From contig CAZKOY010000012.1 in the NCBI GenBank assembly GCA_964554495.1, positions 1,665 through 65,664 of the forward strand: a stretch of 64,000 nucleotides of DNA. The letters run 5' to 3'. Shown in pieces: positions 19,228 to 28,300 of the stretch. Numbering within the stretch: the stretch's first letter is position 1; each line of letters starts with the position of its first letter. The position numbers and the translations under genes are program-made. The notes below the pieces were generated by a model, which did not search any database, was not told the DNA's origin, and worked only from the letters and a program-made list of their open reading frames with translations. The stretch comes from an uncultured Myxococcales bacterium (lineage in GTDB: Bacteria; Myxococcota_A; Polyangia; Palsa-1104; JAEUJZ01).

Positions 19228-19596
19228 TCAGACTCGACGAATCGAAACGTTTGCGAGGGTTGTACTAATCGACGCAACTGAGCGGAAGACGATGCGCTGC
19301 CATTCGATACTTGCGTCATAGACGATTTCGGTATAGATGCCAGCGGCGTTGTACTCTCTCATGATTTGCAGCAGCGGTTGAATGGTCGCTGAGTTCATGT
19401 ACTCAAGCGGCCTGAAGTCCATCGTGACACGCTTTTCTTGAATGGCGGGAATCAGGCTGCGCAGAAATCCGCCAATGCTCGCCGCGGGATCTTGAATCTC
19501 GCTGGTACCATGCCAGGTAATTAACGATTTGCCATCCTCTGTAGTGAAGCGAATCTGTAACTCATCCAGCGTCAGCGTGTGGTTCTCTGGACTCAT
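19228..19596 (-). CDS. SiaC-like / STAS-fold phospho-acceptor protein (DUF1987-like)
   Basis: 122 aa; WHGTSEIQDP, MDFRPLEYMNSAT (STAS D..L.YMNS phospho-site pattern), YDASIEWQR; 4-nt overlap with the upstream kinase gene. Confidence 0.75.
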   Translation of the reverse strand: MSPENHTLTLDELQIRFTTEDGKSLITWHGTSEIQDPAASIGGFLRSLIPAIQEKRVTMDFRPLEYMNSATIQPLLQIMREYNAAGIYTEIVYDASIEWQRIVFRSVASISTTLANVSIRRV

Positions 19597-20060
19597 GAAA
19601 GACCTCTCGTTGCCTTGATCGTCAAGATCTGGTTCACAAACGTGTAGCTGAGGTCAAACTCTCCCTCATAGCCAATACGATAGATGCCTAGCTGGCTGCC
19701 TTGGGACACTCCTGAGAGGAGTTCCTGCAGGCGCCGCAGGTAGAATTCTTCTTTGTTTGTTGAGCCAGCAAGTTCATCAATTCGCTTGGTGACTTGTTCT
19801 AGATGATCTACAGAGCGCACACCGTTAGATACTTCAATAACGACGTGACTATCCGTTACTGAAATTTCAAATTTGGCTTGAGGTGCAGACTCGGTTCGAT
19901 CGCCGTACTTGATAGCATTGCCAACCAGCTCTGAAGCAACCATGCCCGCGCTGTAGCGAATGTTATCTGGGTAACTCCGCAGGGTCTCTTCCACCATAAG
20001 CTTGACATTCTTGACGAACTGCCAAGCTACGGGAATATCCATTTTTATGGATTTATGCAT
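19593..20060 (-). CDS. SiaB-like / anti-sigma-type GHKL protein kinase
   Basis: 155 aa; N-box ASELVGNAIKYG, IEVSN, EFYLRRLQEL, G-box-like SQLGIYRIGYEG; lies between a PP2C gene and a STAS gene. Confidence 0.75.
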   Translation of the reverse strand: MHKSIKMDIPVAWQFVKNVKLMVEETLRSYPDNIRYSAGMVASELVGNAIKYGDRTESAPQAKFEISVTDSHVVIEVSNGVRSVDHLEQVTKRIDELAGSTNKEEFYLRRLQELLSGVSQGSQLGIYRIGYEGEFDLSYTFVNQILTIKATRGLS

Positions 20061-23000
20061 CGGACGACTCCAATGGCACGCGGCGAATGGCCACCAGGGT
20101 TAGATCATCGCTGATCACGAACTTGTTGGTTTCGTTGATAATTCGAGCCACGGTTTCTTCGGCAGTACTCATTGACTCAGCGGACTGCTGCAGTAATCGC
20201 GATAGACCGCTAGTCAATAGCATCGTACGTTTATTAATTTTGGCTTCTGTGATGCCATCGGTAAAGAGGAGCATGGTGTCCCCTGGCTCTAGGCGAACGC
20301 GGCCCTCTGGTAAGAGCGTGTCGATATCCGGCAGCACCCCGAGCCACACGCCGCACGTCTCGATCTGCTCGACGCTTCGCGTCGCGGCGCGATAGATCAA
20401 AAGGTCCTGGTGCTGTCCTGCAAATGCGATCTCACCGTCACGAAAGCAGAAGGCGGTGACGGTCATGTACTGATCCCGCCCGATGTGGGCGAGGTTGCCG
20501 TGGATGGCCGCGTTCACCAGAGCCAGGACCTCAGACGGCCGCGGCACGGTGGGGGCTTTCTGCAAGCTGGCGACGACGGAACGCACCGCCGTCTGCACCA
20601 TCATCATGCACAGCCCGGCGCTGATGCCATGGCCCGAGACGTCACCGATGAGCAGCCAGTCGGCGCCGGCCATGTGAAAGCAGTCGAAATAGTCGCCGCC
20701 GACATTCGCCGCTGGGCGCATGGTCGCGGCAAGCTGATAGCCAGGGATGGTTGGGCTCGTCGGAACCAGGACCGTCTGGATCTTGCGCGCCAGATCCATC
20801 TCGCTCCATAGCTCTTGCAGCGCCTTGCTGAGCTGGGCGGTTCGCTGCGCGACCTGCTGTTCCAGCGTGTCGTTCGCTTGACGCAGCTTTTCGGTCGCGC
20901 TCTGAAGGTTGTCAAACAGGAAGCCATTCTCAAGCGAGATCGTGGCTTGCGAGGACAGGATGCGCAGAAGCTCGACGCGATCGCTGGTGAACGCGTCGAT
21001 TGAGCTGTTGTTCTCAAGGTACAGGACCCCCGAGAGTCGCCCCTTGTGCTGCAGCGCCATGCACAAGATGGACTTAGGCCGCTGCGCTTGAATGTATGGA
21101 TCGGCCGAGAAGCGCGTGTCCTTGGCAGCATGGCCCAGCAGCACAAGCTCGCGCGTGCGCGCGACGTAATGAACCACGCTGGCTGCGAAGTCGTCGCGAT
21201 CGCCGATCGGTGTGTGGATGCCGATCTCGGCGCGCGGCGGGTTGAGTGTGAGCACCGCTTTTACCCACAGTGCGCCATCGCGTTCCAGCACCAAGAAGCC
21301 ACGCTGGGCCCCGGCGCTAGAGAGCACGACGCGCATGACGCGCTCAAGCACTTTGTCGAGGACGATTTCGCTAGAGATGGCTTGCGCCGCCTTCAGCGCA
21401 TGGTCCATGTCGATGCGTCGCCCTGGCATCCAGACGGTTGAGCTGCCTTCTGATGGCTCGGACGCAGGCGCTCGCGTGCTGGGGCGAGGACTGCCCTCGG
21501 CGAGCAGCGCGCCATACTTTTCTGAGATCTGGCGCACTTTGGCCGCCGCGCCCCAGCGCTCATATCCGTGACGGGCTTCGCTTAGAAAGAGAGCGGCGAC
21601 CTTTCTGCGGCCAAGCTGCAGATACAGGCGACCGCAGAGCTCGTTGGCCAGGGCTTCCTCTTGGGCCAGCCCACTGCGACCTGCCTGTTCGACGGCGCGA
21701 TCAAAAAGATCCAAGGCCCGGCCACGGTCACCGGTCGCGCGAGCGTGCTCAGCGTCAAGCAAGAGGAGCCGATGCTGCGCGTTTTCTGGACACGCGGCCG
21801 CCAGCGCGGCGACTTGTTCACGATGTCGAGAAAGCGATGCCCGCACAGCATCCTGAGGCAGATCCGTCCCTTCGGCGAGAGCCGATGCCGCCGCCAGACC
21901 GGCATAGAACGCCAGGTCCGTTGTCCAGTGCATCCCAAGAGCAGTGGCCAGGCTTTTCTCGGCGTGCTCGGCGAAAGAGAGCGCCGCCGCGTAGTCGCCA
22001 TGCAGGTACGAGAGCTGCAGCTTGTAGAGATGGAACAGACATCGGCCAGCCCCAAAACGCATAGCGTCCATGCGGGCCAGCCAGTCCGATTCATTGAAGT
22101 GCTCGTCGGCCAGCGAGGTTGGCGAGTGCGTCTGATCAGACAGCGCCGCAGCCACTTGCATGAGCAGCTCGTGCGCGCCCGTGTTGATCAGATCCTTGGT
22201 GCGCTTCATCGCCGCCATTCCGCGCTGCAGCTCGCGGCGCGTCGCTTCGAGAGGATCGCCCAAGCGCAGCTGAGTCAGCGGCAAGTAGGAAAACGCCAGC
22301 GATGCATAGAACAGATCACCTGTGTCGAGCCCGATCTGTTGCGCTTGGGCAAACTCGGTCAGCGTCTCGCGCAGCGGGTGCTTATAGGGCGCGTAGATCG
22401 CGTACATGAAGCGCACCTTGCAGGCCACTTCCGAGAAGCCGGTTCGCTCGACGAGCTGACGCGCCAGGCGGCCAAACGTATCGGCTTCGTCATAGCGCCC
22501 AAGAAGACCGGCCAAGATCAGCCCGTACGCCACATAGCCATAGGGTGAGAGTGCGGCATGGCCGTGATCCAAAGAGTGATGCGCCTGTTTGGCCATCACC
22601 AGCGCAGCCAGAGGTGGCGCCACTTGATACGCCGGCTGACTGAGCATGACCATCAGCTGCAGCACCGCGATCTTTTCGGGATCCTGCAGGCGCGGGGCGT
22701 CCAGCACAGCGTCGGTCGAGAGCGAAGCCATGCGCTGCTCAATGGCCATCACTTCGGCAAGCAGCGCGGCCTTGCAGCCCTCGGCTGTGGATGGCAGGGA
22801 CACACCCAAAAGAGCCAGGCCTTCCAGCCCCGCCTGCATTCCCTCTTCGAAGCGCCCTTGGGATGTGTACAGCATCAGGCGCAGCCCGAGGATGCTTGCC
22901 CGCTGAATGGTAGAGAGATCGCACGAGAGCAGGGCGCCCAGCTGTTGATCTGCGCGACCGAACTCTCCGACGAGATAGAGCGACTCAGCCAGGTCACGCC

Positions 23001-25398
23001 GCACCGAGAAGTCAAACTGCGGGTCGGCCGTCTGCGCATCTGCGCCAAGAAGCGACTGCGCGGCTTGCAGAAAAGACGTGGCCGCTGCGTACGCGGTCGC
23101 GCTGCGAGCCAGCCGCGCTGCGCGTTGATTGAGCGCTGCGAGGTCGCGACGTTCTGCAGCGTCTGCGATCTGCGCAGCCCCGGCGTTTAGATGGCTGACG
23201 ACATCAAAGAGCAGATCGGAACTTGAGTCGCTAGACAGTCGCTCATGCAGGTGACGACCAATGCGCAGGTGGGTGGCTACCCGATCCACCTCGCTTAGCC
23301 GCTGCAGAGCAACCTGCCGAGTGCGGTCATGAAGGAAGCGATACGTGATGATGGCCGCATCGGACCTGGTGTTTGCGTCGCTGGCTTCGCCCCCGGTAAG
23401 CAGGCGATAGTTGCTCGACAGCGGGATCAAAAGCCCGGCGCGAAGTGCGGGCCAAAGCACTGCGGCCGTGGCTGCGGGTGTCTGATCCAGTGTTCGTGCC
23501 AGCGTTCCCAGATCGAACTCGTACCCAATGCACGCTGAAACAGCCAGCGCGTGCTGGGTGTCTTGGCTGAACTGGTGCAGCTGTTCCGCGATGAAGTCCA
23601 TCACGTTTTCAGTCAGCGGCGCTGCAGCGATCTCTTTCAGGTTCCAGTTCCAGCGCCCCTGGTCGAGATCGGCCCACAACAGGGAACGCTGCACCAGCGT
23701 GCGCAGGAACTGCAGCAGAAAGAATGGGTTGCCATGGGTCTTGGTGAGCACCAGATGCGTCAGCGCATCAAGCTCAGGCGATGCTTCCTGCTGCAGGGTC
23801 TCGGCCAGCAAAAGACGGGTGCTTGCCGCGTCGAGCGGACCTAGCTGCAGCTGCGTTGGCGCGAGGCCGTGCTGTCGCAGCTTGTCGAGCGTGGCGGTAA
23901 GCGGGTGTGCCGCGTCGACTTCACTGCTGCGGTAGGCGCCGATCAGCAAGAGGTTTTGCCGCGCGGGATCCGAAAGCAGTGTCTGCACCAACCACAGGGA
24001 CGCCGAGTCCGCCCACTGCAGATCATCCAGGTAGAGCACGAGAGGATGCGCAGGCGAGCACAGAGATCGAACGAAGTCTTGCAGCACCAGGCCAAAGCGG
24101 TTCTTCGCCTCGGTGGGACCGAGCTCCTCGGGCGCAGCTTGCGCACCGATGATCAGATCGAGACCGGGGATAAGAGCGGTCAGAAGTCCGCCATTTGTGC
24201 CCAGGGCTGAGCACAGCGTTGTCTTCCAGGCCGCCAGTCGCTCGGGGCGCTCGCCCAGAAGCTGACGCACCAATTCCTGAAACGCGGCCACGAAAGCAGA
24301 AAACGGAGTGCTGCGATTGAGCGGATCAAACTTGCCCGAGATAAAGAGGCCGCCATACCGCGCGAGCGCCGGATGGACTTCGCCGATTAGCGATGACTTG
24401 CCAATCCCCGGCGGGCCAGTCACTAGGAGCAGCTCGACACCCCCTGCGCGCACGCGGTCAAATGCCGAGAGCAGCGTCGAGACTTGAGCCTCCCGACCGA
24501 TCAGCGTATGGGGAACCTGTAGCTCGGGGTTTAGATCCTTTCGTCCCAGATCGAACGCCTGGATCGTGCCGCTGGACTGCCATTCCGACAGGCAGTGCAT
24601 GAGATCCTGTGCAAGACCGCCCGCGCTTTGGTAGCGATCTTCGGCGTTCTTGGCCAGGAGCTTCATGACCAGCGCCGACAGCGCGGCAGGGATCTCTGGA
24701 TTCATGCGCTCTGGGGGCAGCGGCAGCTGGGCGATGTGGCAATGCACAAGCTCGCTGGCGTCGCTGCTGTGAAATGGCGGCGCCCCCGTGAGCATTTCGT
24801 ACAGCGTGACGCCCAGTGAATAGAAGTCGGTGCGGTGGCCGATGGGACGGTTCATGCGCCCGGTTTGCTCGGGCGACATGTACACCAGCGTGCCCTCTAG
24901 CGACTCGGCAGGAACCACGGCCTGTGTCTCCTGCGGCAGGCGCGCCGCAATGCCAAAGTCGATCAGGGTTACCTTGTCGGTCTCGTCTTCGACCAGGATG
25001 TTCTGCGGCTTGATGTCTTTGTGAATCACGCCCGCCTTGTGAACCGCAGCGAGTACCAGGGCCAGCGCATGCGCAAGCTTCAGGGCAGACTCGATGCCCA
25101 GGCGACCTTGCCGCAGTCGGGCGCTCAAGGGGCGGGCCGGAACCCGCTCCAGGATCAGCGCCAGCCCGCTTTGGTGGGGCTCCAGCGCGAGCGCCTTCAC
25201 TACATGCGGGTGCTTGAGATCACGAAGGATGGAATACTCATTCTGAAGTCTGGCTAGCTCGCGCGCGGATGGGTAGGCAGACTTTGGAACCTTTGCCACG
25301 ACAGGCAAGCCATCCTGATCGCGCTGGGCTTCATAGACCAGCGTCTCTGTGCCTTCGTGGAGCAGGTTCGTCAACGTGAAGTGGCCGGCATGAAGCAT
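20053..25398 (-). CDS. Multidomain Ser/Thr kinase - AAA ATPase - TPR-like - GAF - coiled coil - PP2C/SpoIIE phosphatase
   Basis: Likely ATG 25398 (ORF open from 25512). HKDIKPQN, DFG, GTLVYMSPEQTGRMN; GPPGIGKS, YLDDLQWAD; GAF (ISSEIVL, GVLYLENN); PP2C VGGDYFD, IGDVSGHG, LLFTDGITEA, DDLTLV. Confidence 0.92.
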   Translation of the reverse strand: MLHAGHFTLTNLLHEGTETLVYEAQRDQDGLPVVAKVPKSAYPSARELARLQNEYSILRDLKHPHVVKALALEPHQSGLALILERVPARPLSARLRQGRLGIESALKLAHALALVLAAVHKAGVIHKDIKPQNILVEDETDKVTLIDFGIAARLPQETQAVVPAESLEGTLVYMSPEQTGRMNRPIGHRTDFYSLGVTLYEMLTGAPPFHSSDASELVHCHIAQLPLPPERMNPEIPAALSALVMKLLAKNAEDRYQSAGGLAQDLMHCLSEWQSSGTIQAFDLGRKDLNPELQVPHTLIGREAQVSTLLSAFDRVRAGGVELLLVTGPPGIGKSSLIGEVHPALARYGGLFISGKFDPLNRSTPFSAFVAAFQELVRQLLGERPERLAAWKTTLCSALGTNGGLLTALIPGLDLIIGAQAAPEELGPTEAKNRFGLVLQDFVRSLCSPAHPLVLYLDDLQWADSASLWLVQTLLSDPARQNLLLIGAYRSSEVDAAHPLTATLDKLRQHGLAPTQLQLGPLDAASTRLLLAETLQQEASPELDALTHLVLTKTHGNPFFLLQFLRTLVQRSLLWADLDQGRWNWNLKEIAAAPLTENVMDFIAEQLHQFSQDTQHALAVSACIGYEFDLGTLARTLDQTPAATAAVLWPALRAGLLIPLSSNYRLLTGGEASDANTRSDAAIITYRFLHDRTRQVALQRLSEVDRVATHLRIGRHLHERLSSDSSSDLLFDVVSHLNAGAAQIADAAERRDLAALNQRAARLARSATAYAAATSFLQAAQSLLGADAQTADPQFDFSVRRDLAESLYLVGEFGRADQQLGALLSCDLSTIQRASILGLRLMLYTSQGRFEEGMQAGLEGLALLGVSLPSTAEGCKAALLAEVMAIEQRMASLSTDAVLDAPRLQDPEKIAVLQLMVMLSQPAYQVAPPLAALVMAKQAHHSLDHGHAALSPYGYVAYGLILAGLLGRYDEADTFGRLARQLVERTGFSEVACKVRFMYAIYAPYKHPLRETLTEFAQAQQIGLDTGDLFYASLAFSYLPLTQLRLGDPLEATRRELQRGMAAMKRTKDLINTGAHELLMQVAAALSDQTHSPTSLADEHFNESDWLARMDAMRFGAGRCLFHLYKLQLSYLHGDYAAALSFAEHAEKSLATALGMHWTTDLAFYAGLAAASALAEGTDLPQDAVRASLSRHREQVAALAAACPENAQHRLLLLDAEHARATGDRGRALDLFDRAVEQAGRSGLAQEEALANELCGRLYLQLGRRKVAALFLSEARHGYERWGAAAKVRQISEKYGALLAEGSPRPSTRAPASEPSEGSSTVWMPGRRIDMDHALKAAQAISSEIVLDKVLERVMRVVLSSAGAQRGFLVLERDGALWVKAVLTLNPPRAEIGIHTPIGDRDDFAASVVHYVARTRELVLLGHAAKDTRFSADPYIQAQRPKSILCMALQHKGRLSGVLYLENNSSIDAFTSDRVELLRILSSQATISLENGFLFDNLQSATEKLRQANDTLEQQVAQRTAQLSKALQELWSEMDLARKIQTVLVPTSPTIPGYQLAATMRPAANVGGDYFDCFHMAGADWLLIGDVSGHGISAGLCMMMVQTAVRSVVASLQKAPTVPRPSEVLALVNAAIHGNLAHIGRDQYMTVTAFCFRDGEIAFAGQHQDLLIYRAATRSVEQIETCGVWLGVLPDIDTLLPEGRVRLEPGDTMLLFTDGITEAKINKRTMLLTSGLSRLLQQSAESMSTAEETVARIINETNKFVISDDLTLVAIRRVPLESSDA

Positions 25399-25907
25399 GG
25401 TGATCGCTCTCGGCTTCGCAGAGAGTGGCGGGGTAGCTGCCCCCGAGCGCAGCACAGGAAAAATCATTTCATCGTACCACCCGCGATTCGCGGCTGTGAA
25501 GACGCGGGACATCCCTAGCCTGGGCTGTTGGAACCTGCTTTAAGTGCGCTTCCTCGCTGGATGTTGTCGTCGCGCCTGTGACGCCAGCGAACGACTGCGA
25601 AAGGCCATCGCGCAAGCGTGAGGCCGAATGGTACGGCGGTGGTGGCAGGCCCGCGGTTCGTGGCTGCCACCGGCCACAGCGATCCCTGCCAAGCCGCGCG
25701 GTCTGCGCTGCGGTCGATCTTGGGCGGCTGGACAGAACGACGGCTGCCCCCAGGCGTTCAGCTCGACCGAGTGCTTCGCCGATTCAGCGTTGTCGACGGA
25801 GCAAACGATTTCCTTGATCCGTCCCTGTCCAAGATTTTTTCGTTCAGACGAAAAAACGTTAATTCACCGCCTGCCGTGCCTATAGATAAATCTCCGCATG
25901 ATCTGCA

Positions 25908-25959
25908 TAGATATCTAAATTCGTACATAAATGAATTATTTATCAATCGATCTATTGAT
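25908..25959. promoter_or_regulatory. AT-rich region with two palindromes upstream of the kinase/Sia operon
   Basis: TAGATATCTA (25908-25917, perfect) and ATCAATCGATCTATTGAT (25942-25959, 18-nt palindrome with one mismatched pair). Function inferred. Confidence 0.4.
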
Positions 25960-26071
25960 GCATAATCCCGTGTGCGTTCCGCATATTCGGCGCTGCAAGC
26001 GGCGTTTCTTGGCCATGACCCTTGCATCGGCTGTGTGCCCTGTAGGTGCTGCAGCGAGGGCTTTAATTGGG

Positions 26072-27550
26072 TCAGGCGTCCGCCAAGGTGGGCACGGGCA
26101 TGGCGCCGCGGCGGGGGAGGGGAATGCGGTGCTGTAGGTTGCCGCCGGCATCGAGGATGAACAGCGCGCTCTTGTCTGCATCGGTCGAATAGCTGGTGAA
26201 GACCACTTCGGGAATGCCATCGCCGGACAGATCACCGATGGCGACGCCGCCGGTCAGCACGTTGGGGTCGCTTGTATAGCGATAGGACCAGCGCTCGCTG
26301 CGGGCCGCCGAGACGGCGTGGATGGTGCCGTCGAAGCCAGCAAAGACGATCTCGGGCCCTGGGCTGCTGGCATCGATGTCGGCAATGCTGACTTGGTTGG
26401 TGGCGGCGACGATGTTGGTGTTGCCGAGATCCCACAGACCCGAGACGTACTGGGGCACGTGCAGTGGTGTTTCCCAGCCAGGCAGACGACTGGCGTCGCT
26501 GCGCACCGCCCACAGACCCACGCCTAGCTCGCGCTGGCTCTGCTGCGCGTTCTGCACCGAGCCGAGCATCACGACCTCGTTTTTGCCGTCGCCGTCAAGG
26601 TCGGCAATGGCCGGCGCGGTGTTGGTGAAGTGGGCCTGCAGCGCTGTGGCTTCATTGCTGGCGTAGCCCTGCTGTGCTTCAGCAAGGCTGTGCAGATAGC
26701 GCACGCCGATGACCTTTTTCGGCTTGAACAGCGACGAAGAATCGAACGCCACGCCGCTGCCCTTGTGGAAGCTGGCATAGGCATTGTCGTGCGGCGCGAC
26801 CAGATCCAGCTTGCTGTCGCCATCGAGATCACCCAGCGCCAAGTTTTGGTCGTAGCAGCCGGCCAAATAGCACTTGCCGTCGACGGCGCAGCCGCTGGTC
26901 CCGGTCATCTGCGGTGGGAATCCGACGAGCACGCTGCCATCGCTGCGCACGGCGTGGACGACATCAGTCGGACCGCTGCGGCCCACCGATGCAACGAGAT
27001 CGAGCTTGCCATCGCCGTCGACATCGCCACCGGCCAGGGCGCGCATTTCGTTCTGCCAGGTCACGGGAAAGCCGGGCAACACCATGCCCGCGGCATCGAG
27101 AAGAACGATGCGATCGCGAGCCGCCACGGCCACTTCCAGCTTGCTGTCTCCGACGAAGTTTCCGACGACGGGGCTCGACCAGATGCGACTTTGGCCGGTT
27201 GGATAGCGCCAGGCCAGGCTGCCATCTTGGCGCCAGACCACCACCAGTCCACCGCGCGGCACGATGATCTCTTTCTTGCCGTCTCCGTCGAGATCGGCGA
27301 TCGCGGGCGAGCCGAGCCAGGCTTCTTCATAGCGGTCTTTGAGGGTTAGAAGCAGGGTCGGCGCCTGCGTCTTGGCCGCGCCGCCACCGGCTGCTGCCGC
27401 ACACGATGCGGCGGGAGGAAGCGACATAGGCCCCGGCCCACTGCCTGGAGGATCGCCGTTCATGTTCCCTTGTCCATCGCTGGAACAGGACATTCCCAGC
27501 GTCATCAGGCCACCCAGGACGCACCCCACAAGGCGACTTTGCTGCTGCAT
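26072..27550 (-). CDS. FG-GAP/VCBS repeat lipoprotein, probably truncated at the C-terminus
   Basis: Lipobox-like GMSC; repeated (A/G)DLDGDG motifs (ADLDGDGKKEI, GDVDGDGKLDL, GDLDGDSKLDL, ADLDGDGKNEV, GDLSGDGIPEV); ends abruptly at PTLADA*. Confidence 0.85.
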   Translation of the reverse strand: MQQQSRLVGCVLGGLMTLGMSCSSDGQGNMNGDPPGSGPGPMSLPPAASCAAAAGGGAAKTQAPTLLLTLKDRYEEAWLGSPAIADLDGDGKKEIIVPRGGLVVVWRQDGSLAWRYPTGQSRIWSSPVVGNFVGDSKLEVAVAARDRIVLLDAAGMVLPGFPVTWQNEMRALAGGDVDGDGKLDLVASVGRSGPTDVVHAVRSDGSVLVGFPPQMTGTSGCAVDGKCYLAGCYDQNLALGDLDGDSKLDLVAPHDNAYASFHKGSGVAFDSSSLFKPKKVIGVRYLHSLAEAQQGYASNEATALQAHFTNTAPAIADLDGDGKNEVVMLGSVQNAQQSQRELGVGLWAVRSDASRLPGWETPLHVPQYVSGLWDLGNTNIVAATNQVSIADIDASSPGPEIVFAGFDGTIHAVSAARSERWSYRYTSDPNVLTGGVAIGDLSGDGIPEVVFTSYSTDADKSALFILDAGGNLQHRIPLPRRGAMPVPTLADA

Positions 27551-27592
27551 ACAAAAAGTGTACGACGCGGAGCCCCCGCCGTGGGTACGTGC

Positions 27593-28237
27593 CTACAAGT
27601 GTGGCTCGCGCCTCATCAATGCGGCGTAGTCGACCTGGGATGCGCGAATGATGGCGTGCGCTTCGGCTGCGTCATAGACATGGCTGATCTCGCAGCGCCG
27701 CTTGCGCTCGCTGCCGAGCGGCTCGGGCAGATCTTTGTACGTCAGGAAGTAATGGCGCAGCCGATCGACGAGCGGCGTCGGCACCTGCCAGATGTCCGAG
27801 ATCGTCCCGTACGCTGGATCGTCGACCACGACGGCGATGATCTTGTCGTCGGCCTCTGAGCGATCGAAGAGCCGCAGTCCGCCGATGGGCCGGGCCCGCA
27901 GCAAGATGCCGCCGCGGTTGATGGTGTGCTCAGTCAGCACGCAGATATCCAAGGGATCGCCGTCGCCCACGACATCTTTTCGGCCGGTCTGCTGCATGGC
28001 CCAGGCGGCCACTTGCTGTCCGCAGTACGTGCTGGGCACAAAGCCATAAGGGGCAGGGCAGAAGTTGGAAAATTTCTGCGGCCGATCGAGCTTGAGGTGG
28101 CCGCTCTCTTTGTCGACCTCGTACTTGATGGTGTCGGTGGGGACGATTTCGATGAAGCAGTTCACGATCATCGGAGCCTGTTCGCCCGTCGCGATGCCGT
28201 GCCATGGATGCGCTTGAAGCGCCGGAGAAGATCGCAT
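27593..28237 (-). CDS. ppa: Inorganic pyrophosphatase, family I
   Basis: HPWH, KYEVDK, YGFVP, DGDPLDICVL, DDKIIAV, HYFLTYK; likely ATG 28237. Confidence 0.95.
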   Translation of the reverse strand: MRSSPALQAHPWHGIATGEQAPMIVNCFIEIVPTDTIKYEVDKESGHLKLDRPQKFSNFCPAPYGFVPSTYCGQQVAAWAMQQTGRKDVVGDGDPLDICVLTEHTINRGGILLRARPIGGLRLFDRSEADDKIIAVVVDDPAYGTISDIWQVPTPLVDRLRHYFLTYKDLPEPLGSERKRRCEISHVYDAAEAHAIIRASQVDYAALMRREPHL

Positions 28238-28300
28238 GAGGAATGACCTGGCCGGCATTTTCGCACAAGTCCGGCGCAGGCGTCGCGTGGCCTGGATTGG

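Noticed and set aside
25578-25965. Small ORFs 25578..25817, 25618..25965 and 25628..25885
   Set aside because: No recognisable motifs, no clear RBS, and they run into the AT-rich regulatory stretch; treated as intergenic.
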